Of a stretch of 64,000 nt of DNA, positions 10,537 through 22,050 are shown piece after piece. A model generated the notes under the pieces. It worked only from the letters and a program-made list of their open reading frames with translations, made no database searches and was not told where the DNA came from. This stretch comes from Takakia lepidozioides (taxonomy: Eukaryota > Plantae > Bryophyta), in NCBI GenBank assembly GCA_030704615.1, contig CM060733.1, positions 55,800,001 through 55,864,000 of the forward strand, in the 5' to 3' direction. Both the position numbers and the translations under genes were made by a program. Numbering within the stretch: the stretch's first letter is position 1; each line of letters opens with the position of its first letter.

Positions 10537-12553
10537 CGAAGAGCTTGTAAAAGCGGGATTGTCTCTCTTTGTGGATGTTGGTGCCAATATATGGCTATGT
10601 ACATATACCAAACATGATACCAATGTAAGAGTATCAATGTGTAAGAGTTTGATATATTAAACTTATATAGAACACACATCCCAACTTCAACATGATACCT
10701 TTGTAAGGGTATCGAAATTTTTGATAATTCTCAAGATGAACATATTTTTTGTTTTCTTTGTCCTGGGCCAGATACTAGAGTTAGGGGACTACATGGTGAT
10801 GCAGGGGAAGCCTTTCATCAATTGTCAGGTTTGATTTTGTCTGTTTTTTTCGGAGCCAGCCATGTTTCTTTTGCCAATGAATCACAGGAAGCTGTTGATT
10901 TGTCTCCGTCTCTGGCTCTCCCTTTCTCACTGAGGCTGAGGGTGGCTCACAACTCCACAATTTCCTCAAGGGCACAAGAAAGAGGGCCAGCAAGAATAGA
11001 CGGGCAACATGTATTTTTAGCTTATACTCTTATATGTGTATAAATATAATTTGAATATATACATGTACATATATTATATACAAAAATAAGTTAAAAATTA
11101 TAGATTACAATTCAATTGAATTGTAGTCAGCAATTCAATTGAATTGCCAACTAGCGATTCAATTGAATTGTGAATTGGCAATTCAATTGAATTGTTGACT
11201 GCAATTCAATTGAATTACGAGTTGACAATTCAATTGAATTGCCAATTCGCAATTCAATTGAATCGTGTGCCGACAATTCAATTGAATTGCAAATTAGGGT
11301 TAGTTCAATTGAATTGCCCTTGCAATTCAATTGAATTGCGCACTTTTAGGGGGTGATCAAGTGAATTGCGATGCATTTCACATCAAGGCCTTTTTGGAAT
11401 TCCCTACGTAAGTCGTAAGCCATTTTCATTGTACACATCGTTGGCTTCTATCACACACATTGAATACAAGTATCTATCTTGCTGTAGATTGAGGTTGGGT
11501 AGCCTGTGAGCATGCTCATGCAAGCAACCTAGAATATTATATAGATTCCAAGAATATCATGAGAATATGCTATAGTGAAACGAAAATACTGTGTGTGAAA
11601 ACCTACTTCAAAATTTGTGCTCGTGCAAAATTGTCTTATTGATCTTTGATTTTTTCTTTTTGGTTTGTTTGTGTCGCTAGCGAAGCTCGTGCTCACACAA
11701 ATTTTGAAGTGGTTTCACTAGTGAAATACTGCATTTTTTGTTTTTTTTTTGTTTTGTTTTGGTTTATTTCGTCATTTTGCTCGCGTTAGCACAAATTTTG
11801 AAGCAGTTTCGCTAGCGAAATGCTTCTGTTTATAATATTATAATATTAAAAGTAGTGTTTCGCTATTAAATTTATGTTTTACAAAGGATTTTAGCTAAAA
11901 TATACTCATCATAGACCATGTAACTGACCCTATTGACGTAGCAACTTGTATTTTTGTTTGCAAACATATTATCCATATGCCTGTGGATCGTGCTCACGCT
12001 TGTTTTTTTCCCTTATTTCCTGCTCACACTCTGCTCAAGGGATACCAACCCCCCCACAACTTAATGTAGTGTACCATGGAGAAAATCTATATTGCATACA
12101 CACCTTTTTATATTGTACTGTTCATATTTAGAGTGCCATAGTACCACTCGGTTCTTTATCATCCTATTGGCTGTCCCTTACAAACAATTCTTCTACTCTC
12201 ATTTTATACTACTCCCTCCTACTTGATATAAAACCTCCGCCAAGTTGTAGCCCAACTTGGTTTTCGGCACATACCGCCTCTGGAGTGGTTGTGGGTTCAA
12301 TCCACGGATTGGTGTCTCAAAGGTGTCCACCTTTCCACCAGGAGGTAGTAGTTCTTTGAGATCCAGAGACACCATGTTTTATATTTCATTTGGACGATGT
12401 CAGCTTGTTGTTTTCTCTTCCGCTGCAACAATACATAGAGAAAAACATATAACACCAAGTAATTGAATTCGTTTCCATAGAGCCCACCCCCGAAAGGGGG
12501 CAGTACCCGCAAGGGGAAGAGACTCTTATTTACGCTCACTCAGGCAGGTGTCA
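8508..12553 (+). mobile_element. Possible solo LTR interrupted by nested insertions
   Basis: Termini TGACAC (8508) and GTGTCA (12553) form a 6-bp inverted repeat; TTCnAGAA repeats at 8706-8754; TATATAAA at ~12226. No clear 4-6 bp target-site duplication. Confidence 0.35.
9270..11406. mobile_element. Non-autonomous foldback-type TIR element (near-perfect 2.1-kb palindrome)
   Basis: Left end TAGGGAATTCCAAAAAGGCCTTGATGTGAAATGC is the exact reverse complement of the right end. The two ~1-kb arms mirror each other about ~10270. Flanked by direct repeat CGTAAG (9264-9269, 11407-11412). About 19 copies of palindromic CAATTCAATTGAATTG. Confidence 0.93.
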
Positions 12554-12771
12554 TATATATAATGCCGAGTAGTATTGACGGCCATGTATGAGAAAAAAAA
12601 ATTAAAAAAAATACATAGGTTTTTTTTTTTCCTTTAAAATTTTACCGAAGGATCATCCCAATAGAGCAATACCCTACTTGCTTGAAGCCTAGGTGAAAGA
12701 TAGAGCGACACATGGAAATTGTACTATTGTTTTTGTTAAATAACTCAATTTCAAAGAAAATTAAATTAAAT

Positions 12772-12803
<32 letters not shown>

Positions 12804-12849
12804 CAATTGCCTAGAGATTTTATTAATAGGAGGTAAGGAAAAAATTACC

Positions 12850-13600
12850 TTACAAGGCTATGAAGGCTTAAGATTAGATTCCACTCCGGAGGGGGGATCA
12901 GAGATTAAGACTCCCACCGATAGAATTCTATTAGCAAGTTTCCAGAGAAAGGAGGAGATCTTAGAGGATATGTTCGAGATATTAGCCCAAACCAGCTTCC
13001 AAATAGTGGGATGACTAGGCACATGAGCCCATTTTTTAGTCCATTCTACTTGAAAGGATTGTTTGGGCATCAGCAGAGAGTAGCCCATCTTGACAGTATA
13101 AGCGAAGAAATGATCATGATCTTTGGTCATCCAAGACCACTCCCCAGGGTCAAACTGCAAGTGTCTGATAGCAGCAGAGAGGAACCAATTGAAAGAGTCG
13201 GTGTAATGCTGCAGCTCTTCAAGCGGTCTGGGGTTAGATTTCCCAGAAGAGGAGCAAATGATTTTGATACCAAAGTAGTCTGAATTGATAGGGAGCGGTA
13301 AGGCCTCGGTCCAACCAAGGTGCCGTCTGTCTCATACTAAAGCAGACACCAGAAATGAAATTGGGGTCAGAGGAGACCGGCCCACCCATTTCCATTTCCT
13401 TAGACCTAGCCATTGCAACCATAAATCCCCAAAATTGGTGATAAATTATGATTAGGTGCTCTCTAAGTGCCTGTAAATCCTCAGGTGCCAACCTAGCCAA
13501 ATCGGAAGGACCATGTGACGAGGATTTGCGAGCAGGTCAGTCCAACATTTATGAAAGCTGCCAATGACGGTCTCCCATCCTTGGGAGACTCTCCTTATGG
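12850..13600 (-). mobile_element. Degenerate L1-type LINE fragment (zf-RVT region)
   Basis: ORF 12858-13160 contains IWKLVWANISNISSKISSFLWKLANRILSVG, matching the W..IW....P.KI..FLW....N.L pattern of the zinc-binding region after RT in plant L1 elements; frame is broken. Confidence 0.6.
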
Positions 13601-15138
13601 AAAAAATTATCCGCAACAAGTGCAGGTGCCAAATATATTCTATTTCAGATGTTGTTTTCTATTGTGATTATGATATATATGAAGCGGAAAACTTGTTGGA
13701 AATGTAAAATCATTTGAAAAAAAAGAAGGGGGACAAAGCCCTTTGTCATATTAAGAAAATCATGGAAAAAATAACCATGTTGGGAGGCCCTGAAGGCTTG
13801 CATCACTTGGTGATTGGGTAACACCCAGTCCAGACCTAGGGGAAGCTCTAACCAGGGCAGTAATCACTCTCTTCAGCGAACAGCAAGCTACGAACACTGC
13901 CAGTAAAATCATCTTCTCAATCTACTTGTTACACTTCATTTTGATTATTTATTAACTGATTGTCATACAGATATTTGGTAGAATCTTACATGATAAAACG
14001 AATTTTTTTCTAGCTACCTTGTTAATTAATAGTCAAGCTCAATAATTTTCATCTCTCAAATTTTTTCTCCCCCTTCCCTTGGGCGGTGTTCATGCAAAAG
14101 CCTTCACGGCACGGTTACTGTGAAAGAGGTTATTTTTTCCTCTCACTATCAAGGGGCCTGATTTGTGAGCTGACGGTCACTCCCAAATTGGAGGCACCCT
14201 GAAATTAGGAATGGCAAACTCAAAGCTCAGCTTAATTCGGTGCCGAATCGCCAGCGTTGATCTTCCCTGGTCTTTCCCACCACGCCTCAGTTTGGTCGGG
14301 TTGTTGTGAGGTTGCTTCCGACCTCCTAGCTCCGCTTTTGTCTCATGCCTCGTCTGTCGTTCTGTTGTTCCTCTCGGTGTCTGCGCTCTGGGTCTGCCCC
14401 ATTTGGAAGCCTAGCCTTCGGGGTCTCAGCGAGGTGATATTTTCCTCGCCCATGTAGGGTAATGTGATTCAACGGGGCCTGGCTGCCTTTCCGAAAAACA
14501 AATGAGGAAAAGGAACAGAAAGAGAGATATTTCACGGAGGAAGAGATGGTGGGGGCCACCGAGGGGGGAAGGGATGGTGCACGCTTTCCCGAGAGTCTCT
14601 TTCCCATGAAAGTAAAAAAGGTCTTGCAGTTTTTCGGGCGTCTGTGGACAAGATCTCTTTCCCGGTTTTGAGTGGGGTCGGCAGGGGGTCGCAGAGAGCG
14701 ATTGAATAAGCACAGAGAACACGAAAGAAGGCAGCTTTCTATTTCTTTCTCTGTTGTCTGTGTTTGTTCGTGTAGGCGAGCGAGAGATCGTAGGTGGGAC
14801 ATCATTGCAAATAAAGTGTGTATGTGAGAAAGGAGACGCAAAAGATATTTGGAGGGAGAGTGAGTTGAGACGCAAGCTGTGTTGTGATGTGTGCGGGACC
14901 GATGGGTGGATGATCAGGGCGTAATGGAGACTGCTGGATAGGGAAGGAGAAGGAGCGCATAAGGTTCCGTCCTCGTGGGTAACGCCCACAGCTCGGGTTG
15001 AGCGGGACTAGGAGCGAGAAAGTCAACTGTTGAGCCGCCCTCGCTTAAATCAGCCATCGATGGCTAGTTGCACGTCCAGTGCAACCGCTGCATTGAGTTT
15101 GCGCAGCAACATGACCTGTGAATCTCATGAATTGAAAC

Positions 15139-17982
15139 ATGAAGGGGAACCGTAACCGTCTCTATCCTGCCCCCATGGGCGGTCCTCCCACTGCTAGTGC
15201 AGGTGGGCCAAATGGCGCGGCCAATGGGGGCGATCACAGCGCTCAGCAGCAGCTCAGGCATGATCCGGGCGTGTCTATGGACTGGAGCGCTATGGAGCAA
15301 TCTATTCTAGATGATGGCCTCGCCAAGTACGCTCTCAAGCCTTTTTCCTCCTCCCCTCTATTTGTTGGTTCGTTTTCAATGTTTAGCAGGTGTTGCTTCC
15401 TCTTGTCTCTAATCTAGTGTCAAAAGACACTGACATGGAGAGAGAAGAAAAATAGAAGTTTGTTCTCTCTCCTGATGATCAAGAGACCCAAGTAGAGAAA
15501 GAGGTACCAAAAGAGAGATAGACTTTGAATGCTGTATGTGGCTTGAATGTGAGCGTGTGGCAGATATGCAAGTGAGACAAGCAGCATTTTGAAGTACATA
15601 AGAATTGCTGCCTTGCTGCCAGACAAGACTGTGCGTGATGTAGCCTTGCGATGCCACTGGAAGACTGTAAGGCCCCTCACTCCCTCATGAATTGATGGAT
15701 GATGATAACGGAGTTGTTTTGGTATTGTGCAATTGCGACTCTGATGAAGGATAAGCTTGGGAGTGTTTTGTTGCTAACCGGGTACAGATGCTTGATTCTG
15801 GTATGCACAGAAAAAGGAGAATGGCAGAAAGCATAAGGCAGATGAAAATGGAGCCAAGAAAAGCAAAGAGAAGAAGGTGTGAGCTGGTTGCATCTCCATT
15901 TTTTTGAGATTGCATGGTGTTTTGCAAGAAGAGCAAGAGGAAGTTGAATCTTGTGTACCCAGAGCTGGGTGGGCTGTACATAATTTCTGCTGTGGAGGTG
16001 CCTTCTTGCTGAACGTGTGGCCTGTTTTGAAGTGCCGGGGAAGGCCACTGTGTCTCACTCATTATTGTTAGTGATGTTGGTTCAATTCACACTCTTAAGG
16101 TCCTGTGTCCATGCGTTGGTAGAGGCAGAAAGGCAAGATTCCATTGAAGAAGATCCAGACTCAAATTCAAACCATGAAGGAGCGTTTTTTATTTGTTCAT
16201 AATCATCCAGTGAAGCTGAACCTAATTGCCTGTAAGAGTCCAAAGAGGAAGTTTGTTTGTCTGAGGACTTGAGAGTCCAGCATAGAAGTTGAAGTTGAAG
16301 TTGAAGTTGAGTTTTTGACCTTGTCAGGAGAAAGCTGAAGCTGCATCAAAGCAGTTGGCCCCTACGGTGGCGAGATCTGGGATGCCCATGTATACTCCCC
16401 CTCCACCACCCATTGATAATGACGATGGGATCTCCAATGAAGGTATTTTCACTACTATCTATTGTTTTCTCTAGATGATAATGAGGGTGTGGATGGATGT
16501 TTCCTTCAAAAAGGGATTGCCAGTGACCTTGACATGGACCTTGGCATCCTTTGCCTAGCAAGGGAGCGTCTTTGCTTTGGGTTCATGGCAAGCCTTATGC
16601 CCATCATATATGTGTATACGCTAGCAGGAAGGGTTTGGAAGAAGACTAAGAGAAACCTGTTGGAGAAGCTTGTTGTTAGAGAGCTTGTGTGGCGGTGAAC
16701 AGAGGAAGGTGGCTGGAGAGAGATAAGTTGGGATGTAAAGAACTGGAGGTGAAGAAAATTGTTCACCCTGTGTAATGGACATGACCCACCTTTCTTCTCT
16801 TGTGAAGAAGTTGGGTTGTGGAGTACTCCAGAGTTTGAGGGCTCGGAAAGCATGTAGTCAGAAAATCCAAGAATCTATGGATAAGAATTCACAATAAACA
16901 AAGATCACAGTAGAAAGCCAGGCCTAGGCAAGCTTCCTAGCATTTGGGTATGGAAAACGAAGTGCCTAGGTGCAACAGAGTTCACTCTCCCCACAGAACA
17001 TCTGAGCTCTGGTGGCACTCAGCGTCACAGATATGATCCGATAGCAACTTAATAATGTGTACAAAAAGCTCCAACATCGTAGAGAAAGAAGTAAATGTAG
17101 CTTATCTCTCTTAAAGAGGAGGACAACATATTCTCAAGAGAGGTTGGGGGTTGGTGCAGCAATAGGTGGCCCAACTGGGCAATTGTTTGAGCAAAATTCT
17201 CAAGTTATTGTACAAATTCGAGCCAATCTTGCAGCATGCCAGGTAATCAATTCACTTGTGTCTGTTCATTTGAAACGTAGGAAGCTGTACCTCATTGTAC
17301 TACTGTGCCAGCGAGTTCCAAATCAGTTGCAGTGTTGTATGTTGTTCCTTTGGGAGGGCAGCTTGGACTGATATATGAGCTGTGGCTCAATGGTGGGTTA
17401 AACAGCTACAGGGGAACACCGACTTGCTGGTTCGATTTCGTGACAACATATTGGCAATTTTGGATGGGTATACTACCTCTTCTTTTTCTTAGAAATTTGC
17501 TTGGCAGGGTCTTCATGCTTCATGTACTGTAATCAGTGACAAAGCATGGGTTTGTTAAGGTTGTGCTTTTGTACTCAATTGTCTTCTGTCAGAAACCCGC
17601 TTGATCAGAAAAATTCTAGTGACCTGTGGATCTTTCAGAAGATGTGCTGTGTAAAAGGTGAACGTGAACAACAGATTCACTATCTGGATTGCCCTTGACA
17701 CAAATTTTTGAAAGACACCTTTAGAAGTGGACGCCATTTTAGAATCAAGTCCTCCTTTTTGGGTTGGGAGTGACCTAAGGAGGGTCGAACCATGTTCTTT
17801 CTTGCTACTAAAGCTCTTGGCACTGACCTAATTTGGATGAATTCGGGTGACCATACAGGATGACAAATATGCCAGGCATTATGAGCCAAATGCCACCCCT
17901 CCCAGTGAAACTGAATGTGGAGTTAGCGGACAGCATTTTGCCAGAGTCCTTGCCTCCAACATCAGCACACTTGCAAGCATAA
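15139..17982 (+). CDS. DUF3755 / Myb-SANT-like domain protein (7 exons, apparently intact)
   Basis: Exons 15139-15326, 15564-15666, 15811-15876, 16328-16442, 17160-17242, 17406-17467, 17859-17982 splice in frame with GT-AG. Motifs: DWSAMEQSILDDGLAKY, YIRIAALLPDKTVRDVALRCHW, IGGPTGQLFEQN, RDNILAIL, MPGIMSQMPPLPVKLN. Confidence 0.92.
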
Positions 17983-18959
17983 CCTGCGATCGGGCTCCCG
18001 AATCTATTAGCATCTTTGGATTCTGTACAGAGCTTGCCTCTCCAGCTCACAACTGCGTTTCTCTAGTTCAAAGGAAGGTCGGGATGACGTACTTGGCTGA
18101 GGCTTTCTTTGGGCTGAATTCCTGCATTCAATTGCCAATGTCGGCTAAACCAACAACATGCATTTGACCAAAAGCTGCTTTGCAACTCATCAGTACATAC
18201 TCTTTGCGGCAATAGTTCTTTAAGAGACCAGATCAACTTCGGGAGTGCCCCAAGGGCGTCACTACCAAGGCGTAGTAAAGGAATAAAAGGCCCAGGCATC
18301 TCTTCTCCAAGAGGTAAGCTCCTGGTTGTAGGATCCATAATGTAGAGAGTGTCTTATTGTGGATCATTGTACATAAAAGAAAGAAAAGATGGGCAAGCTC
18401 TGTACAGGTGTCTGATTTGACCAACATCGGTAAGTGTTACTCCAGTCCCTCTAAATGCTACAGAGACAAATTTGGATGTGATACACAATCAAAGGAAGAC
18501 TTTTCCCTGGAAATTTTGAAGCAGCAAAGCTTGCGGAGTTCATGATTTCATGCAGTTCAGTGCTAATTCATGCTGTTCATGGAATGTTGTGCAAGAATGC
18601 ATGAAAGCTGCATTGGGACAGCTATGTGTGACAACCATGGTTCTCTGCATTCTGCCTTAGTCTTAATTTTCATTGTGTCTTTCCTGTCCTGCTTGATGTC
18701 ACAATTCAGTGAGAGTTTTCTAACTTCAAGGTAGAACGTGGAAGGGAGAATAAAACAGAATTGTTTGATCGAGTTCAAAGATGGAAGTTAACTGGCAACT
18801 CAAGGCGTTCACAAGTCATGCCCTGAGATGTTCCAGCTCGAGGAGTCGCTTGCCAAATCATACTGTTGGAGCAACCCTTGCTTTCTACAATATTTGTAGC
18901 CAACTCCCTCTAGAAACTCTGATATCTGCTGACTACTGCTCCTGCTTTCCTGCAGCAAA

Positions 18960-20100
18960 TCCTCATCCTCTTCATAGATGACATGGGGCTTCTTCGCCTG
19001 GCAATGAGAGCAAGCAAGTGGCAGCCTTCAACACACTTTACTCTCACACCTGAACATCAATTTTCAGTACTAAAATTGACTGATTCCTGGGCACTATGGA
19101 GTCTAAAGTTACCGAACGCACTGCTATGGGGACAATTGGTCTGGGTGAAATGCTAGCTGCGCTCCTGCTGGCAGACATTGCACTGTTGTCAAGTCTCCCA
19201 ATCACCTGCCTGCATTCATACATGTACTCATCAGAAACCTGCTCTATTCTTGTCAAGTTCCTAGCAGCCTTGAAAAGTATACTCATGAGTATTTGTTATT
19301 TGTTATCGAGTCCTTTCTGTCCACAAGAAGTGGGTAGTGGTTCACAATGCAGGAGGTTGAAATCTGGTGTACCCTCCTACTTGAGAAGTGGTCGGCTGGT
19401 TCTTCAGTAGTCTGCAGCTCTCTCTAGAAAAGAGGGTAGATCATTAATCCATTCATGTTCCGAGCCAAAGTCCAGAGAGCATACTCATAGCACCTGGGTC
19501 AATGAAGCCCTTAAAATCAGGACGACCCTATGGCAGTCGTACAAACAATTGGAACAGGAAGAGCTACAAAACCTTCCAATACTGCTCACCAGTACTACTC
19601 GTCTACACTAGTAGTTGACTTCATATGGCTCAGCCTTTTCCAACTTAGCAGCAGTGTGAGGAGACGATGCCAAACCTCATGCAAGTGATATTTCCTGGAG
19701 CATCAGAAACTGCTGCAAGGTAGAGAAGATTCTCAAAAACTGGCAGGAATGCAAGCACTTCCTACCCCATGGCTGCAGCGGCAAAGGCCACCATTCCCAC
19801 ATTGGCACCCACATTGACAACCCATGACCCGTCTTTGTTTGGGCCGTCAGGTCTCAACTTTTTCAGCAGGCTCTGCATTGATTGAGGGAACTCCCAGATT
19901 GTTCCCCCTTCATCACGTGAAAGCAGAGATAGCTGCCGTGATACAAGGTATAGTGCAAATATGCTCATTGTCAATGTGAATGTACAGCCCCAGGCTGAGA
20001 GTACGACTGGTTTTGTTTTTAGTGCCGTTGAAGGGTTCGAACACAAACAAGTAGAATTGGTGTGGCTTCTCCTCAAGTTAACAACAGCAGTACCCAGCCA
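18960..20100 (-). pseudogene. FkbM-family (Methyltransf_21) SAM-dependent methyltransferase pseudogene
   Basis: VVNVGANVGMVAFAAAAMG*EVLAFLPVFENL (in-frame TAG at ~19762) and VRSVTLDSIVPRNQSILVLKIDVQ match the FkbM motifs DVGANVG...AFEP and LKIDVQG. Has an internal stop and a deletion. Confidence 0.75.
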
Positions 20101-20429
20101 TGTTGATGTGTGGCAAGAAGCCTGTCCTCAAGCAGAAATGTGTGTTTGGAGTACTGAGGAGCTGTAAGGTGTATTATGTGAGTTTAATCTGAGGTTTTGT
20201 TTTCTTCCATGCAGGATGGCAGGGGTGGATATCACAATGTTTCGAGTTAAACATTTGCACCATGACCTCTTCTTTGCAAACAGGAGCAGGAGCGGGTCAG
20301 CGTGGACTTTTGTAGCACTTCTGGTGACGTGAGGGCGCTATGTAAGTAGGGACAACTGGAAGAGGTGCTTCACATTTTGAACAAACAGGGCATTTTGGCA
20401 GATCCCAATCCATGAGTCTGTCTCTTGTG

Positions 20430-22050
20430 GCATTGCATTAAGACCAATGACGTTGAACGGGGAAAGCACGTGCATGTCCACGCAAAGGGGATTCAAGCCA
20501 AAGTTATTTCTACTTAACACTCTTGTCAATGTGTATGCAATGTGTGGAGCATGATGGACGCAAGCCAAGGGTTTGACAAAATGATTATACGGGAGGTTTG
20601 TACATGGACTAAAATGGTCAGAGGATATGCGAGGTATGGGTGTGATAGGGAGGTTCTCGAGATGTACGAACGAAAGGCGTGATGCCTGACAAAATCACAT
20701 TTATTTGTGTTCTCGAGGCAAGTGTCATCCTAGGAGCCTTGGAAAAAGAGGTCTATGCTAACATCGTCAAAGCTGGATTGTGCAGATATCTTGCTGACAT
20801 GTATGCCAAATGTGGGAGCATAAAGGATGCACATAAAGTGTTTGACAATATGGCCGAGATGTGGTCTCATGGAATGCGATGATAGCAGGATACGCTCAGC
20901 AGGGTTGTGGAAAGGATGCTCTTGAAATGCATGAGCAAATGATGCATGAAGGGGTGATGCCTGACAAGGTCATAATCATTTGTGTTTTGAATGCATTTGC
21001 TGGTCTGGCATCCCTGGATGAAGGCAGACAGGTCCATGCTGCCATGATCAAAGCAGGAGTTGCACCAAATATCATTCTGGAGACTGCCCTTGGGGAGCAT
21101 AGAGAATGCACTTGAAGTGTTTGACAAAATGTCTGTACGAAATTTGGCGCATGCAATGCAATGATAGCTGGATTATGCTAGGCAAGGGTGTTGTGGTGAG
21201 GCTTTTGAGATGTACAAAGAAATGATGTGGGAAGGGGTGATGCCCGACAAAGTCTTTATTTGAGTTCTGAATGCGTAGGGCAGCCTGGCAACCCTGGAAA
21301 AGGCGAAAGAGCTTCATTTTGACATCATCAACTATATAATTGCCAGATATTATTTTGAACACTTCCCTTGCATCCGTTACAGGATATGCTGCGCATGGTT
21401 GTGGTTAGGGAGACTTTTGAGATGTATGAGCAAATGATGCAGGAGGGGTTCATGCTCAACAAGGTCACATTCATCGGTGTATTCAACGCATGTGCCAGCA
21501 TGGCAGAGCTGCAAAAGGGAAAAGAGGTCTACATCAGCATCCTTGAAGCTGGAATCACACTGGATATTAATTTGGACAATGCCCTTGTCAACATGTATGC
21601 CTAATGCAGGAGTGTAGATCATGCATGTCAAGGGTTCAATACTATGGTCGAACGAGGTGTGGTCTCATGGATTGCCATGATCACAGGATGTGCTGAGAAC
21701 GGCTGTGGCAGGGAGGCCCTGCAAATATTTGAAAAAATGCAACAGGAAGCCTTGAAGCCAGACGGTATCACCTCTGTCTTCTCGCTGCATGTAGCCATGT
21801 GGGCTTAGTGGATGAAGGCCATCACTACTTGGATTCCACGAGTCAAGATCATGCTCTCATGCCTACTGTAGAACATTATGTCTGCATGGTGGGTGGGCCT
21901 TGTTGGCTGTGGAGGCTGGTTGGATGAGGCAGAGGATCTCATTACAAACTGCCAATCAAACCAGGTGCTACAGTGTTAGGCACCTTGCTTGGAGCCTGAA
22001 GAATTCATGGCAATATGGATGTAGCAGAACATGCCTTCTCATGTGCAATT
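20430..22050 (+). pseudogene. PLS-class pentatricopeptide repeat (PPR) gene with E-domain, degenerate
   Basis: Repeated PPR motifs (DMYAKCGSIKDAHKVFDNM, VSWNAMIAGYAQQG, PDKITFICVL, NALVNMYA) and E-motif remnants (PTVEHYVCMV, LDEAEDL, RIHGNMDVAE), broken by many stops and frameshifts. Confidence 0.88.

Noticed and set aside
9337-11340. Regularly spaced palindromic 16-mers resembling a CRISPR array
   Set aside because: Spacers are only ~7-8 nt and recurrent, there are no cas genes, the context is eukaryotic, and the repeats are subterminal arrays of a TIR element.
12285-12310. GGTTCAATCC B-box as a tRNA gene
   Set aside because: No cloverleaf or properly spaced A-box could be built.
12495-12520. 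Similarity of CAGTACCCGCAAGGGGAAG to an LSU rRNA helix (rRNA or organellar insertion)
   Set aside because: Flanks show no rRNA similarity; kept only as a structural motif.
14257-15026. Several 170-190 aa ORFs upstream of the DUF3755 gene
   Set aside because: No recognisable domains; composition fits promoter/5'UTR sequence.
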